Assembly: GCA_963717365.1 (NCBI GenBank)
Contig: OY970327.1
Span: forward strand, 651,599-715,598
DNA from: Candidatus Saccharimonadia bacterium
GTDB taxonomy: Bacteria; Patescibacteriota; Saccharimonadia; Saccharimonadales; 2-12-FULL-41-12
Reading direction: 5' to 3'
Length of the DNA stretch: 64,000 bases
Shown: positions 14,901-27,012 of the stretch, piece by piece
Layout of the letters: the number at the start of each line of letters is the position of its first letter
Position numbering within the stretch: the first letter of the stretch is position 1
The notes under the pieces: model-generated
Database searches by the model: none
What the model saw: the letters and a program-made list of their open reading frames with translations, nothing else
Told to the model about the DNA's origin: nothing
Made by a program: the position numbers and the translations under genes

Positions 14901-17900
14901 TCAGTACCTAGGTCAACACTGTTGTTCTGTACACTGTTTACGAGGAAGCCAGCCGTGAATGAACCGGAGATGTCACCGGCAGCCGGTGCCTGCCCTTCGT
15001 TTACATAGGTAGCATCAAGCGTAGTGGTGTAGTTGGCGGTAGTCAGGACGGTGCCGGTGGCGCCTGAGAAGGTGTAGGTGGCAGCGGCGCCGGGGGCGGC
15101 TACCGCAAAGGTAACGTCGTTAGTGCCCTTTTCGAATTTCAGGTCGCCGTTTTCAAGGATACGCACTGCTTCGCCGCCGGCCGTATTAAAGATGATGTCG
15201 TCGGCACCGGCGGTGGCGGTTGTACCAACAGTAAGTATTCCGGCGCTTTGTACTATTGGTGTAGTAACGCTGGTGCCAAAGCTAACGGCAGCATTGGTAG
15301 TTATGTTACCGCAAGAACCAGCTGTACCTAAGGCAAAGCTGTTGCCGCCACCGGTGAGGTTACCAGTGCCGGATGCACAGGTAATCTGGGTATTGCCCTG
15401 GACAGCGGTGTTGGCGGCAGAGCCGTACAGTACTGAGATAGTTGGCGTGCTGCCTTCTCCGGTGTTGCCGGTGGTGCTGAGGCCGGTTAGGGTGCCAAGG
15501 ACGGATATGTAGTTGCCGGTTGTTTGAGTCCCTAAGGTAACGGCGTCAGCGTCGATCTCGCCATTAGAAATTGAGGTACCGAGGGTTGCTACCAGCGATC
15601 CGCTGGAAATACCCAGCCCTGTACCTGTTAAATCAGTGAAGGCGTCGCCGTTAAGCGTAAATGTGTCGCCGGTCTCAATGGTTAGGCCACCGTTGGCGGT
15701 AATCAGGCCGGCCGCGGCCACCGTGCCGGTGAAGCTGACAGCGTTGCCAATAGTCTGGCCGTTAATAGTGCCACTGGTCACGTTGCCATTGGTTGCGACC
15801 TGGAAGGCATCAGCCGTACCGGCCGTCAGCGTACCGGATACATCTAGGTTGCCGGTAACGTTAGTGTTATCTTGCAGCTCTATGGTTGAACCGCTGTTAA
15901 GTGTTATCAGGTCAGCACTGGTAATGGCCAGGTCATTGCCCACTCCTGTTGCTGAGATTGTTAAGTTCCCAGCATTAGTAACGATTGGCGTCGTAACACT
16001 GGTGCCAAAACTAACCGCCGCATTAGTTGTAAGGTTACCGCAAGATCCGGCTGTACCAAGGGCAAAGCTGTTACCCCCACCGCTGAGGTTACCAGTGCCG
16101 GATGCGCAGGTGATCTGGGTGTTGCCTTGAACGGCAGTGTTGGCGGTTGAACCGTAAAGGACGCTGATGGTTGGAGTTGAGCCCTCTCCAGTGTTGCCGG
16201 TAGTGCTTAGGCCGGTTAATGAGCCTAAGGTAGCTATGTAGTTGCCTACGGTATCTGTCCCTAAGTCTACGCTGTTGTTTTGGACGCTATTAACGAGGAA
16301 ACCAGCGGTGAATGAACCGCTGATGTCACCGGCTGATGGATTTTCGCCAGTGTTAACGTACGTTCCGTCCAGAGTAGCTGTGTAATTAGCGGTGGTGAGA
16401 ATCGTACCAGTAGCGCCTGAGAACGTATAGTTAGCGGGAGCGCCAGACGGGGTAGCAATAATAAAGGTGGCGTCGTTAGTACCACGCTCAAACCGTAAAT
16501 CACCGTTTTCCAGTATGCGGAAAGTTTCGCTTCCGGCGTTGCTAAAGACAATGTCATCAACACCAGCCGTAGCGGTCGATGAGATAGCAAGCGATCCAGC
16601 GTTCGTTAGTGTTGGCGTGGTCACAGAAGTTGCAAAGCTCACAGCTGCGTTAGTTGTAATATTGCCGCATGATCCGGCTGAACCAAGGGCGAAACTGTTA
16701 CCGCCACCTGAAAGGTTGCCCGTCCCACTGGCGCAGGTGATCTGGGTATTGCCTTGGACGGCGGTATTGGCGCCTGAGCCATAAAGAACGGCTATGGTTG
16801 GAGTGCTGCCTTCGCCGGTGTTGCCGGTGCTAGATAAGCCAGTCAGCGTGCCTAGGGTAGCAATGTAGTTTCCAACCGTATCTGTGCCCAGATCAACTGA
16901 GTTATTCTGGACGCTGTTAACCAAGAAGCCGGCAGTAAATGAACCGGAAATATCACCGGCTGTTGGGTTTTCACCAGTATTAACATAGGTACCGTCAAGC
17001 GTAGCCGTATAATTAGCGGTGGTGAGAATCGTACCGGTAGCGCCGCTAAAGGTATACGTAGCAGCCGCGCCGGGAGTTACTACTGCAAAAGTCACGTCGT
17101 TGGTACCTTTTTCAAACCTAAGGTCGCCGTTTTCCAAAATACGCACTACTTCACTGCCAGCTGTGTTAAAGATTATGTCGTCGGCGCCTCCGGTAGCGGT
17201 GGTACCGATACTCATAGTGCCTGCATTCTGAATAGTTGGCGTAGTTACAGAGGTTGAGAAACTGACTGCCGCGTTAGTAGTAAGGTTGCTGCAGCTACCG
17301 CCCGTACCAAGCGTGAGCGTATTGCCGCCCCCACTCAGATTGCCAGTTCCAGATGCGCAGGTAATTTGGGTATTACCTTGGACGGCGGTATTGGCTGCTG
17401 AACCGTATAGCACACTGATGGTTGGAGTACTGCCTTCTCCAGTGTTGCCGGTGGTAGATAAGCCAGTTAAGCTGCCCAAGGTTGCTATGTAGTTGCCGAC
17501 TGTATCTGTTCCAAGATCAACGCTGTTATTCTGGACGCTGTTAACTAAGAAGCCAGCAGTAAATGAGCCGCTAATGTCACCGGTGGCAGGGCTTTCACCA
17601 GTGTTTACGTAGCCGGTGTCCAGGTTGGTGGCGTAGTTTCCGGTGGTTAATATGGTGCCGCTGACACCGCTAAAGGTGTAGGTAGCAGCCGCGCCGGGAG
17701 CCGCAAAGGCTAAGGTTATATCATTGGTGCCCTTCTCGACTCTGACATCGCCGTTTTCTAAGAACCGCATCACTTCGTTGCCAGCCGTGCTCAAGACAAT
17801 GTCGTCAGCACCGGCCGTAGCGGTTGTAGTCAGATTTAGAGCCCCGGCGGTGGTTATTGTTGGCGTAGTAACTGAGGTACCAAAGCTAACAGCCGCATTA

Positions 17901-20900
17901 GTAGTAATGTTACCGCAACTGCCAGCTGAACCAAGGGCGAAGCTGTTGCCACCGCCACTTAAGTTGCCAGTTCCAGATGCACAGGTGATCTGGGTATTGC
18001 CCTGGACGGCGGTGCCCGCGCCAGAACCGTAGAGAACTGCCAAAGTAGGCGTAGAGCCTTCTCCGGTGTTGCCGATGGTTGAGAGACCGGTGAGAGTGCC
18101 TAGAGTTGCTATGTAGTTGCCGGTAGTCTGTGTACCTAGAGTAACTGCGTCGGCGTCAATCTCACCATTAGAAATTGAGGTACCAAGGGTTGCTACCAGC
18201 GATCCGCTTGAAATACCCAGTCCGGTGCCTGTTAAATCAGTAAATGTGTCTCCGTTAAAGGTAAAGGTATCACCCGCTTCAATGATTAGACCGCCGTTAA
18301 CACTTAACAGCGCGGAGAACATACCGGCACCGGTTACACTTAGATCGCCACCCAACAAACTCAGACCGCGAGTACTGTCGATTTCAATATTAGAACCATT
18401 CTGAGCAAGCCAAGAGCTGGATAAGCTATTACTACCGGTATATAGAGGAATTCGATTGGTTGTACCGGAGCCAGTGATAGTTCCGGCCGCACCGCCATCG
18501 TCGTTGTCGCAGGTTAGAACACCGCTGGCATTGACGGTTAGAGCACCGCCGTTATCATAAGTAGAACAGTTGAAACCAGTTAAAATGATCTGGTCAGCAC
18601 TGGTAAGTGTTAAGTCGTTGCCGGCTCCTGTTGTTGAAATGACTAATCCTCCAGCATTGGTTATCAGCGGTGTAGTAACACTGGTAGCAAACGATGGAGC
18701 CGCGCTAATGCTCAGGTTGCCACAACTGCCGGCTGAACCGAGAGCAAAGCTATTGCCACCACCTGTGAGATTACCGGTACCGCTAGCACAAGTGATCTGG
18801 GTGTTGCCTTGGACAGCGGTGTTGGCGGCTGAACCGTAGAGGACGCTGATGGTTGGAGTACTGCCTTCGCCGGTGTTGCCAGTGGTGCTTAGGCCAGTCA
18901 GTGTGCCGAGGACAGATACATAATTGCCAGTAGTTTGCGCACCTAACGTGACGGCATCAGCATCAATTTCGGCATTAGAGATAGATGTGCCGAGAGTAGC
19001 CTGCAGTGATCCGCCGGAAATGGCTAAGCCGGTGCCTGTAAGATCAGTGAACGCATCACCGTTCATAGTGAATGTATCACCTGCTTCAACGGTTAGGCCA
19101 CCGTTAGCACTAATCAGGCCAGCTGCAGCCAGTGTGCCAGTGAAGCTGGCGCTGGCACCGATGGTTTGTCCGTTAACGGTGCCACTGGTTACATCGCCAT
19201 TTGCCACCACTTGGAAAGCGTTTGCCGTACCCGCTATTAAGGTTCCGGACACATCCAGACTACCAGTAATGTTAGTGTTATCTTGCAGTTCTATGGTTGA
19301 ACCGCTGTTAAGTGTTATCAGGTCAGCACTGTTAATGGTCAGGTCATTGCCTGCCCCAGTAGCTGAAAGTGTTAGGTTGCCGGCATTGGTAACGGTTGGC
19401 GTAGTGACACTGGTTGCAAAACTAACCGCGGCATTAGTAGTAATATTTCCACATGATCCAGCTGAACCAAGAGCAAAGCTATTGCCACCACCTGTGAGAT
19501 TACCGGTACCACTGGCGCAGGTGATCTGGGTGTTGCCTTGGACAGCGGTGTTGGCGGCTGAACCGTAGAGGACGCTGATGGTTGGGGTGGAACCTTCGCC
19601 AGTATTGCCAGTGGTTGAGAGACCTGTCAGGGTGCCTAGGACGGATATGTAGTTGCCTACTGTATCTGTACCTAGGTCAACTGAATTGTTTTGGACACTG
19701 TTAACTAAGAAGCCAGCAGTAAATGAGCCGCTAATGTCACCGGTGGCAGGGCTTTCACCAGTGTTTACGTAGCCGGTGTCCAGGTTGGTGGCGTAGTTTC
19801 CGGTGGTTAATATGGTGCCGCTGACACCGCTAAAGGTGTAGGTAGCAGCCGCGCCGGGAGCCGCAAAGGCTAAGGTTATATCATTGGTGCCCTTCTCGAC
19901 TCTGACATCGCCGTTTTCTAAGAACCGCATCACTTCGTTGCCAGCCGCGCTAAAGACAATGTCGTCAGCCCCTGCAGTAGCGGTAGTAGCGATGGCAAGC
20001 GAACCGGCATTTTGCAATGTTGCGGTGTTCACACTAGTAAACGATGGAGTGGCGGTCATACTGATGGCGTTACAAGTTCCACCGGTGCCAAGCGTTATAG
20101 TGTTTCCGCCGCCAGAAAGATTACCGCTGGTGCTGCTACAAGTAACTTGGGTATTGCCTTGGACGGCAGTGTTGGCACCTGAGCCGTATATAACGCTGAG
20201 CGTAGGAGTGGAACTTTCACCGGTGTTGCCGGTAGTATTAAGACCAGTCAGGGCACCGAGAGTTGCTACGAAATTACCAGTAGTTTGAGTGCCTAGTGTT
20301 ACTGCATCGGCATCAATTTCTCCATTAGATATAGAGGTACCAAGTATTGCCTGTAGGGCACCGCCAGAAATCGATAATCCGCTGCCGGTCAGATCACTAA
20401 AGGCTTCGCCATTGATGGTGAAGCTATCGCCTGTCTCTATTGTCAGGCCGCCGTTGGCGGTTAACAACGCGGAGAACATACCGGCACCAGTAACATCCAA
20501 ATTGCCTCCAAGTAAGCTCAGGCCACGGGTACTGTCGATCTCAATACTTGATCCGTTTTGCGCCAACCATGAAGTTGATAGGCTGTTTGCACCGGTGTAC
20601 AGCGGTATTCGATTGGTAATACCCGAACCCGTGATAGTTCCGGCCGCACCGCCATCGTCGTTGTCGCAGGTTAGAACACCGCTGGCATTGACGGTTAGAG
20701 CACCGCCGTTATCATAAGTAGAACAGTTGAAACCAGTTAAAATGATCTGGTCAGCACTGGTAAGAGTTAAGTCATTACCGGCTCCTGTTGTTGAAATGAC
20801 TAATCCTCCAGCATTGGTTATCAGCGGTGTGGTAACACTGGTAGCAAATGAAGCGGCAGCGTTGGTGGTAATATTTCCGCACGAACCGCCCGTACCCAGA

Positions 20901-23900
20901 GTTAAGGTATTGCCTCCACCAGTAAGATTGCCCGTACCGCTGGCGCAGGTGATCTGGGTATTGCCTTGAACAGCGGTGTTAGCGCTGGAACCGTAGAGTA
21001 CGCTCAGGGTAGGAGTTGAGCCTTCTCCGGTGTTGCCAGTGGTTGAGAGACCGGTTAATGAGCCGAAGGCAGCCACGTAGCTGCCAGTTGTATCTGTTCC
21101 CAGAGCAACTGAATCGGGTTGGATAGCGGTTACACCAGCACTGCTTACCGCCAGGTCGCCAGATAGCGCGGCACTGACCCAACTGGTGCCGCTTCCGATT
21201 AATAAGTTACCGGCGCTGGCAGTTGTATCACCTAAGGCAGTGCCATTTATCCGGGCAACGGTTGGGGCTGGATAGGTGCCACTGAGGTCGCCGGTGGCGG
21301 CTCCACCAGGTGCCACGCCGCTGATAGTCGTGTTAGTAACACCACTAATCCGGCCTTTAGCATCTACTGTGAAGACTGGAACTTGGGTAGCACTGCCGTA
21401 GGTATTAGCAGATACGCCAGTACTAGCAAGCGTAAGAAGGCCAGATGGATTGAGCGTGGCATCGCCGCCTAAGGAGACAAAGGCTGGCACGCCACCGATG
21501 CCTGCTACCAGTAATTGCCCGCCCGTGCCAGCCGCGCTTACTCCTACTGCCCCTGTTCCATTTCCAAATAGAATGCCGTTTGTGGCCAAAGTGGTTGCTC
21601 CGGTGCCACCGTATTGAACACTTATGGTTGAACCCTGCCATACACCACTGGTTAAGGTGCCGACAGTGGTGATATCACTTAAATTACCTGTTGTTATAAT
21701 TACTCCACTGGCGTTGGGAAGTGTTAAGGTGCGAGTTGTGCCCGCAGCAATGCCTGCCAGCTCTAGAATAACTTTCTTGGTAGCATCGGTATTATCCTGA
21801 AGGCTAAAACTGTTATCGTTAAAGGCCCAATTACCACTGATTACTTCGGCAGCAGTTCCTCGAACGATACCGGAACTGGCATAGTCTATTGAAAGATTGG
21901 CTTCACCGGCGGGCGTTTCAGTCACATTAAAGTCTGATCCTAGGAAATCTAAGGTGTTAGCGGCGCTCGTAATATTTACATCGTTTTCCTGAATAGCCAG
22001 TGATCCGGCGTTATCATCAGATGCGCACGCCCAAACCGAGCCATTCCACTTTAATATCTGATTGCTTAAGCAGCCGCCCAGCAACCGTAGCCCGTTGCTG
22101 CCTACTTCTAGACCCGAGTTTGAGCTAGCTGTTACGGTTGTACCAGTTGTTACAGCATCAATAGTAATACTAACTCCGGCCGTCTCTGAGCCGGAACCAA
22201 TTACCGTTAAGCCAGTACCCCCTGTTAAGCTAGCTACGTAATTGCCGATTGTATCTGTTCCAAGACTAACACTATCTGCTCCTATGGTAGCTACTCCCGA
22301 TCCATTTACTGACAAATCTCCTCCGAGTACGGTACTTACCCAGCTGCTGCCGTTACCTATTATTAAGTTACCGACACCAGGGTTAGTGTCACCCAATGTG
22401 TTGCCATTTATCTTAGCAACAGTTGGGTTTGGATAGGTGCCGTTGAGGTCGCCGGTGGCGGCTCCACCAGGTGCCACACCGCTAATGGTGGTATTGGTTA
22501 CACCGGTTATGCGGCCTTTGGCATCGACGGTGAATACCGGTACTTGGGTTGCGCCACCGTATGTATTAGCCGATACTGTGGTGTTTGCTAGTGTCAAAAC
22601 GCCTGTTGCATTTATTACAGCATCGCCTGAAAGTGTTGTGAATGTTGGAACATTCGATCCATTGGCAATTAGTAATTGACCTCCGTTACCAGCTGTTGTA
22701 ACTTGTACATTTCCTGTTCCGTTACCGTATAAAATACCGTTAGATGTAAGACTTACAACGCCTGTTCCACCGTACTGTACACCAATGGTTGAACCCTGCC
22801 AGACACCGCTAGTCAAGGTACCGACCGTATTTATATCAGTTAGGTTACCAGTAGTAACAAGGGTACCATTAGTATTAGGAATAGTTAGGGTTCGGGTTAT
22901 ACCACTGGCTATACCGCCTAGTTCAAAGGCAACCCGTTTGGTGGCATCAGCGTTGTCCTGCAACGCCAGGCTAGTGTCATTGAACGACCAGTTACCACTG
23001 ATTACTTCATTGGCAGTGCGTCTGGTAATACCAGAGTTAGCGTAGTCGATGGCAATAGTGGCTTCGCCCAGTGCATTTGTAATGTCGAAGTCTGGTCCTA
23101 AGAAGTTTAATGAAACAGTCGGGTTTGAAACAGCGGTCCCACCCTCTTTGGTAATAAGTGCCGCGCTAATATCGTCTGTTGAACAGATCCATACGGTACC
23201 ATTCCATTTGAGAAGTTCTCCCGGGCCGCATCCACCTACCAATCGTACTCCATCGGCGGTAATCTCTAGGCCTGATACAGATGAGGATGTGCCGGTTGTG
23301 CCACTGGCAGCCAGTTTTACATCGGCAGCATCACCGACTATCTCGAGACTATTACCTATACTGAGGTCTAACGTAACCGTTGCTCCTGTTCCGCCACCCG
23401 ATAAGCCCGAACCAGCAACAATCGTCATTGAACTGCCAGCTCCCGGAGGACCTTGCGGCCCCTGAAGACCTTGTGGTCCTTGCGCGCCTTGCACGCCCTG
23501 GGCACCCTGAGCGCCTTGAGGTCCTTGTGCGCCAGCGGCGCCTGGAGCTCCTGCGACACCATTTGTGCCAGATGGTCCGGCTGGTCCCTGGAGACCCTGA
23601 GAGCCCTGTGGACCGGCTGCACTGCTTACAAACGAGGAACTACCGCCACGGTTATTGAGCATGCTCTGAAGGCTCGAGGAGAGGTTATTCAACTGTATAG
23701 TTCCATCAGCTAGGTCCTGGCCAGTGACCGATCGGTCCTTTATGTGATTTCCGGTCAGTGGCAGTATGGCTACATCACCGTTGTTATCACCGGCCCTGTG
23801 ACCATCGAGAAACTCGCTATTAAGGTTACCGACCAATCCTTGATCGGGGATACGGAGATATGATGAATCAGGTACTGTAAAGACGTAACGACTAACCACA

Positions 23901-24808
23901 TTTCCCTCTTCGTTAATCTTAAATAGCTCGTTTACGTCCTTGATCACCCCAACCCCAGATTCTTGCTTAAGCGAAGGGTCGACCGTGCCTGCTATCTGAT
24001 ACGCAACGTCTGCGAACGGCCCAAGACCCCGGGCAAGAATATTATTTTCTTCTTGGACCTTATAGTGTTTACTATCGTTTTCACCTGTATCGATGCCGAA
24101 TGTATGGGTCATGGTACTAGGAAAAGTCAAAAAGAGGACAGTTAGTCCTCCAATTAATCCGCCAGTTGCTCCAACGGCATATATAAGCCACAACGGCATA
24201 TACTTCCGTTTTTTAGGTTTCCTTACTTTTGGCAGACCAAGGTTCGGTATCTTCAGGTGAACACCCTTTTTCAAAGGTGCAGTATCGATATAGCCGTCCG
24301 AGTCGCTGAGTAGCGGCGTCACTGGCTGGCTTAATGCTACTCGTATTGCCTGTAAAACATGGCTGCCATGCAGAGAATTGTCCTGTGCATTTGCTTTCTC
24401 CACCTCAGTAATTTCTATTGCTTGTGATTTTGGCTCTATAGTTGTTTTTTGGCTTATTCTCGCCTGATATTCTTTGACAGTCTGACGGTCATATTCACGT
24501 CTTCCATTCTCATCACGAGACGGTACCAACATGGCCTGATCCTCTAGTCGACGAACCGATGAGGGAGAGACCTTAAGCAGCTTTGCTACCTCTGTTGTTG
24601 AAAGCGGTTGCGCAGATTTATAGGCTTCGAGTTCATCGACTGGAAAGTATCGATTCTTGCCATCTAGCCGTTCGGCAGCCAGCTTGCCGCCTTTTTCCAA
24701 GCGCCGCACCGTATCAATAGATACACCTAGAATATTAGCAGCATCACCTACTGTAACGTAGTCTCTGTACACTTCTTCTGGCTGCGATGTTGGCGAATTA
24801 CTATTCAT
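11918..24808 (-). CDS. Giant protein G2 (about 4296 aa): 2x cytoplasmic HTH, TM helix, collagen-like tract, about 13 degenerate fibre modules, two S74-like domains, C-terminal module
   Basis: The ORF in the track runs to 24922. A promoter-like TTGCAT-N17-TAAACT lies inside that extension, so I favour ATG 24808 ([12 protein letters not shown]...). Sub-domains are listed separately. Confidence 0.8.
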   Translation of the reverse strand: MNSNSPTSQPEEVYRDYVTVGDAANILGVSIDTVRRLEKGGKLAAERLDGKNRYFPVDELEAYKSAQPLSTTEVAKLLKVSPSSVRRLEDQAMLVPSRDENGRREYDRQTVKEYQARISQKTTIEPKSQAIEITEVEKANAQDNSLHGSHVLQAIRVALSQPVTPLLSDSDGYIDTAPLKKGVHLKIPNLGLPKVRKPKKRKYMPLWLIYAVGATGGLIGGLTVLFLTFPSTMTHTFGIDTGENDSKHYKVQEENNILARGLGPFADVAYQIAGTVDPSLKQESGVGVIKDVNELFKINEEGNVVSRYVFTVPDSSYLRIPDQGLVGNLNSEFLDGHRAGDNNGDVAILPLTGNHIKDRSVTGQDLADGTIQLNNLSSSLQSMLNNRGGSSSFVSSAAGPQGSQGLQGPAGPSGTNGVAGAPGAAGAQGPQGAQGAQGVQGAQGPQGLQGPQGPPGAGSSMTIVAGSGLSGGGTGATVTLDLSIGNSLEIVGDAADVKLAASGTTGTSSSVSGLEITADGVRLVGGCGPGELLKWNGTVWICSTDDISAALITKEGGTAVSNPTVSLNFLGPDFDITNALGEATIAIDYANSGITRRTANEVISGNWSFNDTSLALQDNADATKRVAFELGGIASGITRTLTIPNTNGTLVTTGNLTDINTVGTLTSGVWQGSTIGVQYGGTGVVSLTSNGILYGNGTGNVQVTTAGNGGQLLIANGSNVPTFTTLSGDAVINATGVLTLANTTVSANTYGGATQVPVFTVDAKGRITGVTNTTISGVAPGGAATGDLNGTYPNPTVAKINGNTLGDTNPGVGNLIIGNGSSWVSTVLGGDLSVNGSGVATIGADSVSLGTDTIGNYVASLTGGTGLTVIGSGSETAGVSITIDAVTTGTTVTASSNSGLEVGSNGLRLLGGCLSNQILKWNGSVWACASDDNAGSLAIQENDVNITSAANTLDFLGSDFNVTETPAGEANLSIDYASSGIVRGTAAEVISGNWAFNDNSFSLQDNTDATKKVILELAGIAAGTTRTLTLPNASGVIITTGNLSDITTVGTLTSGVWQGSTISVQYGGTGATTLATNGILFGNGTGAVGVSAAGTGGQLLVAGIGGVPAFVSLGGDATLNPSGLLTLASTGVSANTYGSATQVPVFTVDAKGRISGVTNTTISGVAPGGAATGDLSGTYPAPTVARINGTALGDTTASAGNLLIGSGTSWVSAALSGDLAVSSAGVTAIQPDSVALGTDTTGSYVAAFGSLTGLSTTGNTGEGSTPTLSVLYGSSANTAVQGNTQITCASGTGNLTGGGNTLTLGTGGSCGNITTNAAASFATSVTTPLITNAGGLVISTTGAGNDLTLTSADQIILTGFNCSTYDNGGALTVNASGVLTCDNDDGGAAGTITGSGITNRIPLYTGANSLSTSWLAQNGSSIEIDSTRGLSLLGGNLDVTGAGMFSALLTANGGLTIETGDSFTINGEAFSDLTGSGLSISGGALQAILGTSISNGEIDADAVTLGTQTTGNFVATLGALTGLNTTGNTGESSTPTLSVIYGSGANTAVQGNTQVTCSSTSGNLSGGGNTITLGTGGTCNAISMTATPSFTSVNTATLQNAGSLAIATTATAGADDIVFSAAGNEVMRFLENGDVRVEKGTNDITLAFAAPGAAATYTFSGVSGTILTTGNYATNLDTGYVNTGESPATGDISGSFTAGFLVNSVQNNSVDLGTDTVGNYISVLGTLTGLSTTGNTGEGSTPTISVLYGSAANTAVQGNTQITCASGTGNLTGGGNSFALGSAGSCGNITTNAAVSFATSVTTPTVTNAGNLTLSATGAGNDLTINSADLITLNSGSTIELQDNTNITGSLDVSGTLIAGTANAFQVVANGDVTSGTVNGQTIGASASFTGTLAAAGLISANGGLTVEAGDTFTMNGDAFTDLTGTGLAISGGSLQATLGTSISNAEIDADAVTLGAQTTGNYVSVLGTLTGLSTTGNTGEGSTPTISVLYGSAANTAVQGNTQITCASGTGNLTGGGNSFALGSAGSCGNLSISAAPSFATSVTTPLITNAGGLVISTTGAGNDLTLTSADQIILTGFNCSTYDNGGALTVNASGVLTCDNDDGGAAGTITGSGTTNRIPLYTGSNSLSSSWLAQNGSNIEIDSTRGLSLLGGDLSVTGAGMFSALLSVNGGLIIEAGDTFTFNGDTFTDLTGTGLGISSGSLVATLGTSISNGEIDADAVTLGTQTTGNYIATLGTLTGLSTIGNTGEGSTPTLAVLYGSGAGTAVQGNTQITCASGTGNLSGGGNSFALGSAGSCGNITTNAAVSFGTSVTTPTITTAGALNLTTTATAGADDIVLSTAGNEVMRFLENGDVRVEKGTNDITLAFAAPGAAATYTFSGVSGTILTTGNYATNLDTGYVNTGESPATGDISGSFTAGFLVNSVQNNSVDLGTDTVGNYIATLGSLTGLSTTGNTGEGSTPTISVLYGSAANTAVQGNTQITCASGTGNLSGGGNTLTLGTGGSCSNLTTNAAVSFSTSVTTPTIQNAGTMSIGTTATGGADDIIFNTAGSEVVRILENGDLRFEKGTNDVTFAVVTPGAAATYTFSGATGTILTTANYTATLDGTYVNTGENPTAGDISGSFTAGFLVNSVQNNSVDLGTDTVGNYIATLGTLTGLSSTGNTGEGSTPTIAVLYGSGANTAVQGNTQITCASGTGNLSGGGNSFALGSAGSCGNITTNAAVSFATSVTTPTLTNAGSLAISSTATAGVDDIVFSNAGSETFRILENGDLRFERGTNDATFIIATPSGAPANYTFSGATGTILTTANYTATLDGTYVNTGENPSAGDISGSFTAGFLVNSVQNNSVDLGTDTVGNYIATLGSLTGLSTTGNTGEGSTPTISVLYGSTANTAVQGNTQITCASGTGNLSGGGNSFALGTAGSCGNLTTNAAVSFGTSVTTPIVTNAGNLTISATGVGNDLAITSADLITLNSGSTIELQDNTNVTGNLDVSGTLTAGTADAFQVATNGNVTSGTINGQTIGNAVSFTGTVAAAGLITANGGLTIETGDTFTLNGDAFTDLTGTGLGISSGSLVATLGTSISNGEIDADAVTLGTQTTGNYISVLGTLTGLSTTGNTGEGSTPTISVLYGSAANTAVQGNTQITCASGTGNLTGGGNSFALGTAGSCGNITTNAAVSFGTSVTTPIVQSAGILTVGTTATAGADDIIFNTAGGEAVRILENGDLKFEKGTNDVTFAVAAPGAAATYTFSGATGTVLTTANYTTTLDATYVNEGQAPAAGDISGSFTAGFLVNSVQNNSVDLGTDTVGNYIATLGTLTGLSTTGNTGEGSTPTISVLYGSAANTAVQGNTAVTVAAGTGLGGGGTLTLGAGGTATLNVQYGSGAGTAVEGNTQITCASGTGNLSGGGNTITLGTGGTCGNVSLSATPSFTSVTASGNINTTAGAFQLNGVDINTAGTLTNIAYENQANNFTLANTFSAAGVAINVTNNITVGGTINTNTFTGTALTFAGAGATTIQAANNQNLLVQTQGTGALTLTSGNGVVNIGSGTLRRSAAGTTIIDLLNAGANTTLSVTNSDGTQTASLSVEGGGSFGGSLAVTAGGITVTGNSTITGTLTGITGLTVASGGASISGGINNNTGGITNTGAIAGATTIAANNTISTSGNFNVTGTGVYQNDGVNGISPDCAANEFLGNQTVSGGIITAGTCEPDDTGISDGTLKTNVVSKTNMLSQIKNVNVVDYNYLCLDVLYAALDLTCDDRTGVIAQQLALIFPELVSTGANGFLQVRNQSLLFYGLSATTEMADLLDGDGNINFNSVATNGTVRLTSTGALQNIASITGTGALTVSSGGSANLTLNSASNTLVIDSSDTSVQRTGAGSFTTDLNDLLTTTFILTNSGLGVANFNISEGSLQTAGVTRLTNAGALQNITGLTVTGGGANITGGINNNAGGITSAGAVSGATTIAASSTISTSGNFNVTGTGVYQNDGVNGITLDCAANQFMGNATSTGGIITAGTCEADDAGLSDARLKENVASIEDGILDKLQSINTVTFEFKCDDPDYTVLDLSCDRGTGVIAQEIAEIFPELVAQGQDGYFRVKYDALNIYTLKGLIELNQKVGDISMEQFEQIDGLDVKLSALETRVNSLEQSQASNTGPSQQIDLENLTVGNLNITLDMFTEGALVVKGSSTFQGTALFEQLATFNGDVQLNGLTSFNGEARFNSNTGGYAAINAGQQSVHVSFTKPFSQQPVISLTLGEGGFAQYAYRNVTSTGFDIMLSQPATENVQFSWTALSVTNPNTFIQQ
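12470..12770 (-). other. S74-like chaperone/autoproteolysis domain no. 2 of G2 (canonical SDARLK)
   Basis: Sequence [98 protein letters not shown]. The Ser-Asp codons are at complement 12749-12754. Confidence 0.65.
13400..13700 (-). other. S74-like chaperone domain no. 1 of G2 (variant SDGTLK, Arg replaced by Thr)
   Basis: Sequence [97 protein letters not shown]. The Ser-Asp codons are at complement 13673-13678. Confidence 0.6.
23435..23614 (-). repeat. Collagen-like triple-helix tract, 20 uninterrupted G-X-Y triplets
   Basis: Translation is [60 protein letters not shown]. It begins about 170 residues after the TM helix, that is, on the predicted outside. Confidence 0.85.
24125..24199 (-). 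other. Single transmembrane helix of G2 (N-in / C-out by the positive-inside rule)
   Basis: [10 protein letters not shown] precedes [26 protein letters not shown]. Confidence 0.7.
24458..24760 (-). other. Two tandem MerR/excisionase-type helix-turn-helix domains at the cytoplasmic N-terminus of G2
   Basis: HTH1 is [50 protein letters not shown]2 is [47 protein letters not shown]. Both follow the (T/S)xxE/DAAxxLGVSxxTVxRxxxxGxLxxxR....R.Y pattern of HTH_17/MerR_1-type domains. Confidence 0.65.
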
Positions 24809-24878
24809 TTTGTTAGATTTTTGAACTACTTTTGTGTTCGTTATCTGTTTCTTATGTCTGTTAAGAAAGCTTATGCAT

Positions 24879-24931
24879 AGTTTACCTGGTAGCATTACAC
24901 TATGCAAGCCTATTGTGCACATTTTGTACTC
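24879..24931 (-). promoter_or_regulatory. Promoter-like block upstream of G2 (-10 TAAACT, -35 TTGCAT, inverted GAGTACAAAAT element)
   Basis: The minus strand reads GAGTACAAAATgtgcacaataggcTTGCAT-N17-TAAACT, with -10 at complement 24879-24884 and -35 at complement 24902-24907. The leader ...CGAACACAAAAGTAGTTCAAAAATCTAACAAA-ATG has no Shine-Dalgarno. Confidence 0.4.
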
Positions 24932-25224
24932 ACAGTACTAATTAATACTTTTACTGTTTATAGGGGTCGGGTATGTGGGCAGCGTGTATCACCGAGGAAT
25001 ATGACTGGAAAATACTGATTATTAATAAGGAGATTTATGCATGGAAGACAGTTTAGTTTTTTGTATTGAGGAATTTTATTAAATTAAGATTGAATTGAAT
25101 AATAATTAATTTATTTACGTGCTGCCAAAAATGTAATTTATCGTTAAAAATAAGCAAATTGGCTATAAATATTTGTATTTTATGTGTTCAAAAGTATATA
25201 TTATACAACATATTTTTTTCGGAC

Positions 25225-25233
25225 TTTTCCACA
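25225..25233 (+). promoter_or_regulatory. DnaA-box-like 9-mer TTTTCCACA (fits TTWTNCACA) upstream of G2
   Basis: Read directly as ggacTTTTCCACAatt. TGTGTTCAA lies at 25183-25191. It sits in an AT-rich intergenic region between the 5S terminator and G2. Confidence 0.3.
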
Positions 25234-25311
25234 ATTTAGACTTGAGGTCTGCTTAGTTTTGGCTTTCTTTTGAAATTCTGCGTTTTGTATTTTGCGACAG
25301 AGCTTTATTAT

Positions 25312-25347
25312 CTGAAAAGCAAAGAACCGCCCATAAAGGCGGTTCTT
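25312..25347 (-). terminator. Rho-independent terminator of the 23S-5S operon
   Basis: On the minus strand AAGAACCGCC (25347-25338) pairs with GGCGGTTCTT (25331-25322) across a 6-nt loop, followed by TGCTTTTC. Confidence 0.75.
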
Positions 25348-25356
25348 ATACATAAA

Positions 25357-25469
25357 ACGGCACCGTGCTATCTTCCCAGGGTTAAAACCCAAGTATTGTA
25401 ACCGCTGCGAGGCTTAACTGCTGTGTTCGGGATGGGAACAGGTGTGACCCTCACGCTATGGGCACCGAT
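25357..25469 (-). rRNA. rrf: 5S rRNA
   Basis: The reverse complement reads AUCGGUGCCCAUAGCGUGAGGGUCACACCUGUUCCCAUCCCGAACACAGCAGUUAAGCCUCGCAGCGGUUACAAUACUUGGGUUUUAACCCUGGGAAGAUAGCACGGUGCCG. It has the conserved CCGAAC and GUUAAGC motifs. Helix I (CGGUGCC / GGUGCCG) closes with two G-U pairs. Confidence 0.9.
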
Positions 25470-25520
25470 GGTGCTCTGGTGTGTAGCCCTGCCGCACTAC
25501 GTGCAGCATTACTATTATTA

Positions 25521-25567
25521 AGTACTATATCTCGGCTTCATTAAATTTTAATAAACCACGGGTATAG
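25521..25567. repeat. Copy a (degenerate) of the 48-nt near-palindromic module, in the 23S-5S spacer
   Basis: Sequence agtactatatctcggcttcattaaattttaataaaccacgggtatag. Homology with 28855..28935 extends over about 85 nt (ttaagtactata...catgtatcgg). Confidence 0.7.
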
Positions 25568-26102
25568 TCCGGCCAAAGCATATATCGGTGTCCATACGGA
25601 CGTTTTATGCTGACATTTAATCAATTGTAAATAAACGAATGTTTTACTAGTGTTATGAACTACTCAAATCATTCAGGGTTTACCTAAGCAACGCTTAGAT
25701 TTTTGTCTAAATGACTTAAATAATTGGCCATAATCACCAATAACTAGTCAAATGCACTTTTTTCCTATGAGACGAATCCGCTCCAGCCGCAAGCGGCATT
25801 TTGAAGATTCAACTCATAGGTCATAAAAAGTCAGTGGGGCTATTAGTACGCTTCGGCTGAGCATATTGCTATGCGTACACCTTGCGCCTATCAACCTGAT
25901 CGTCTATCAGGGCCCTCATAGGGAAATCTAATCTTGAGGTTAGTTTCGCGCTTAATATGCTTTCAGCGCTTATCTAGTCCGCACATAGCTACCGGGCAGT
26001 GCCATTGGTATGACAACCCGTACACCAGCGGTGCGTTCACCCCGGTCCTCTCGTACTAGGGGCAAATTCTCTCAAATTTCCTGACGTCCACAGCGGATAT
26101 AA

Positions 26103-26173
<71 letters not shown>

Positions 26174-26187
26174 AAGATGCTTCACCT

Positions 26188-26222
<35 letters not shown>

Positions 26223-26507
26223 AGCGCCGTCTATGTGAACTATTGGGCGCTATAAGCCTGTTATCCCTGGCGTAACTTTTATCCGTTTGCGCTGTCGATC
26301 CCACGTTCATATGTATAAATACATGGACAGCGGATCACTTACTCCTACTTTCGTACCTGATTGGATTGTATTCCTCACAGTCAAGCTGGCTTATGCGTAT
26401 GCACTATCACTACGATTTCCATCCGTAGTTAGCCAACCTTTGAACGCCTCCGCTACTCTTTAGGAGGCAACCGCCCCAGTTAAACTACCCACCAGACACG
26501 GTCCGGA

Positions 26508-26570
26508 AACCAGAAGAGATTTTCGAAATATAGCGCAAAAAATGCGTTTTCAAAAACCTTTTGTGGTTTC
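26508..26570 (-). other. Small helix expansion in 23S (about 40 nt longer than the E. coli counterpart as I recall it)
   Basis: ggaaaccagaagagattttcgaaatatagcgcaaaaaatgcgttttcaaaaaccttttgtggtttcc is a long hairpin (GGAAACCA/TGGTTTCC). It sits where E. coli has a short helix between CCAGACAC and GGGTGGTATTTCA. Confidence 0.5.
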
Positions 26571-27012
26571 CGTAAGAATAAAACTACAACAAGGGTGGTA
26601 TTTCACTGGCGACTCCACCTGGACTAGCGTCCAGGCTTCAAAGTCTCCCACCTATTCTACACATGTTATAGCTCGATTCAATGTCAAGCTGTAGTAAAGC
26701 TGCACAGGGTCTTTTCGTCCTGCTGCGGACAGACGGCATCTTTACCGTCAATGCACTTTCACCGAGCTCTTCGTCGAGACAGTGCCCAAATCATTACTCC
26801 ATTCGTGCGGGTCAGAACTTACCTGACAAGGAATTTCGCTACCTTAGGACGGTTATAGTTACCGCCGCCGTTCACCGGGGCTTCAGTTCGCACCGTGAAG
26901 CACTCCCCTTAACCTTCCGGCACCGGGCAGGAGTCAGCCCCTATACATCCACTTTCGTGTTAGCAGAGACCTGTGTTTTTGGTAAACAGTTGCTTGGGCG
27001 CCTTAGCTGCGG

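Noticed and set aside
24809-24922. Upstream start codons of the track ORFs for G2 (ATG 24922) and G3 (TTG 44939), and extended starts for 30699 and 63183
   Set aside because: Promoter-like -35/-10 pairs lie inside these extensions. The G3 TTG is itself the -35 hexamer. The extensions encode implausible peptides ([19 protein letters not shown]..., MTPYSGCSILVL...), and 30699 would overlap the divergent gene. The downstream ATGs are preferred but remain unproven.
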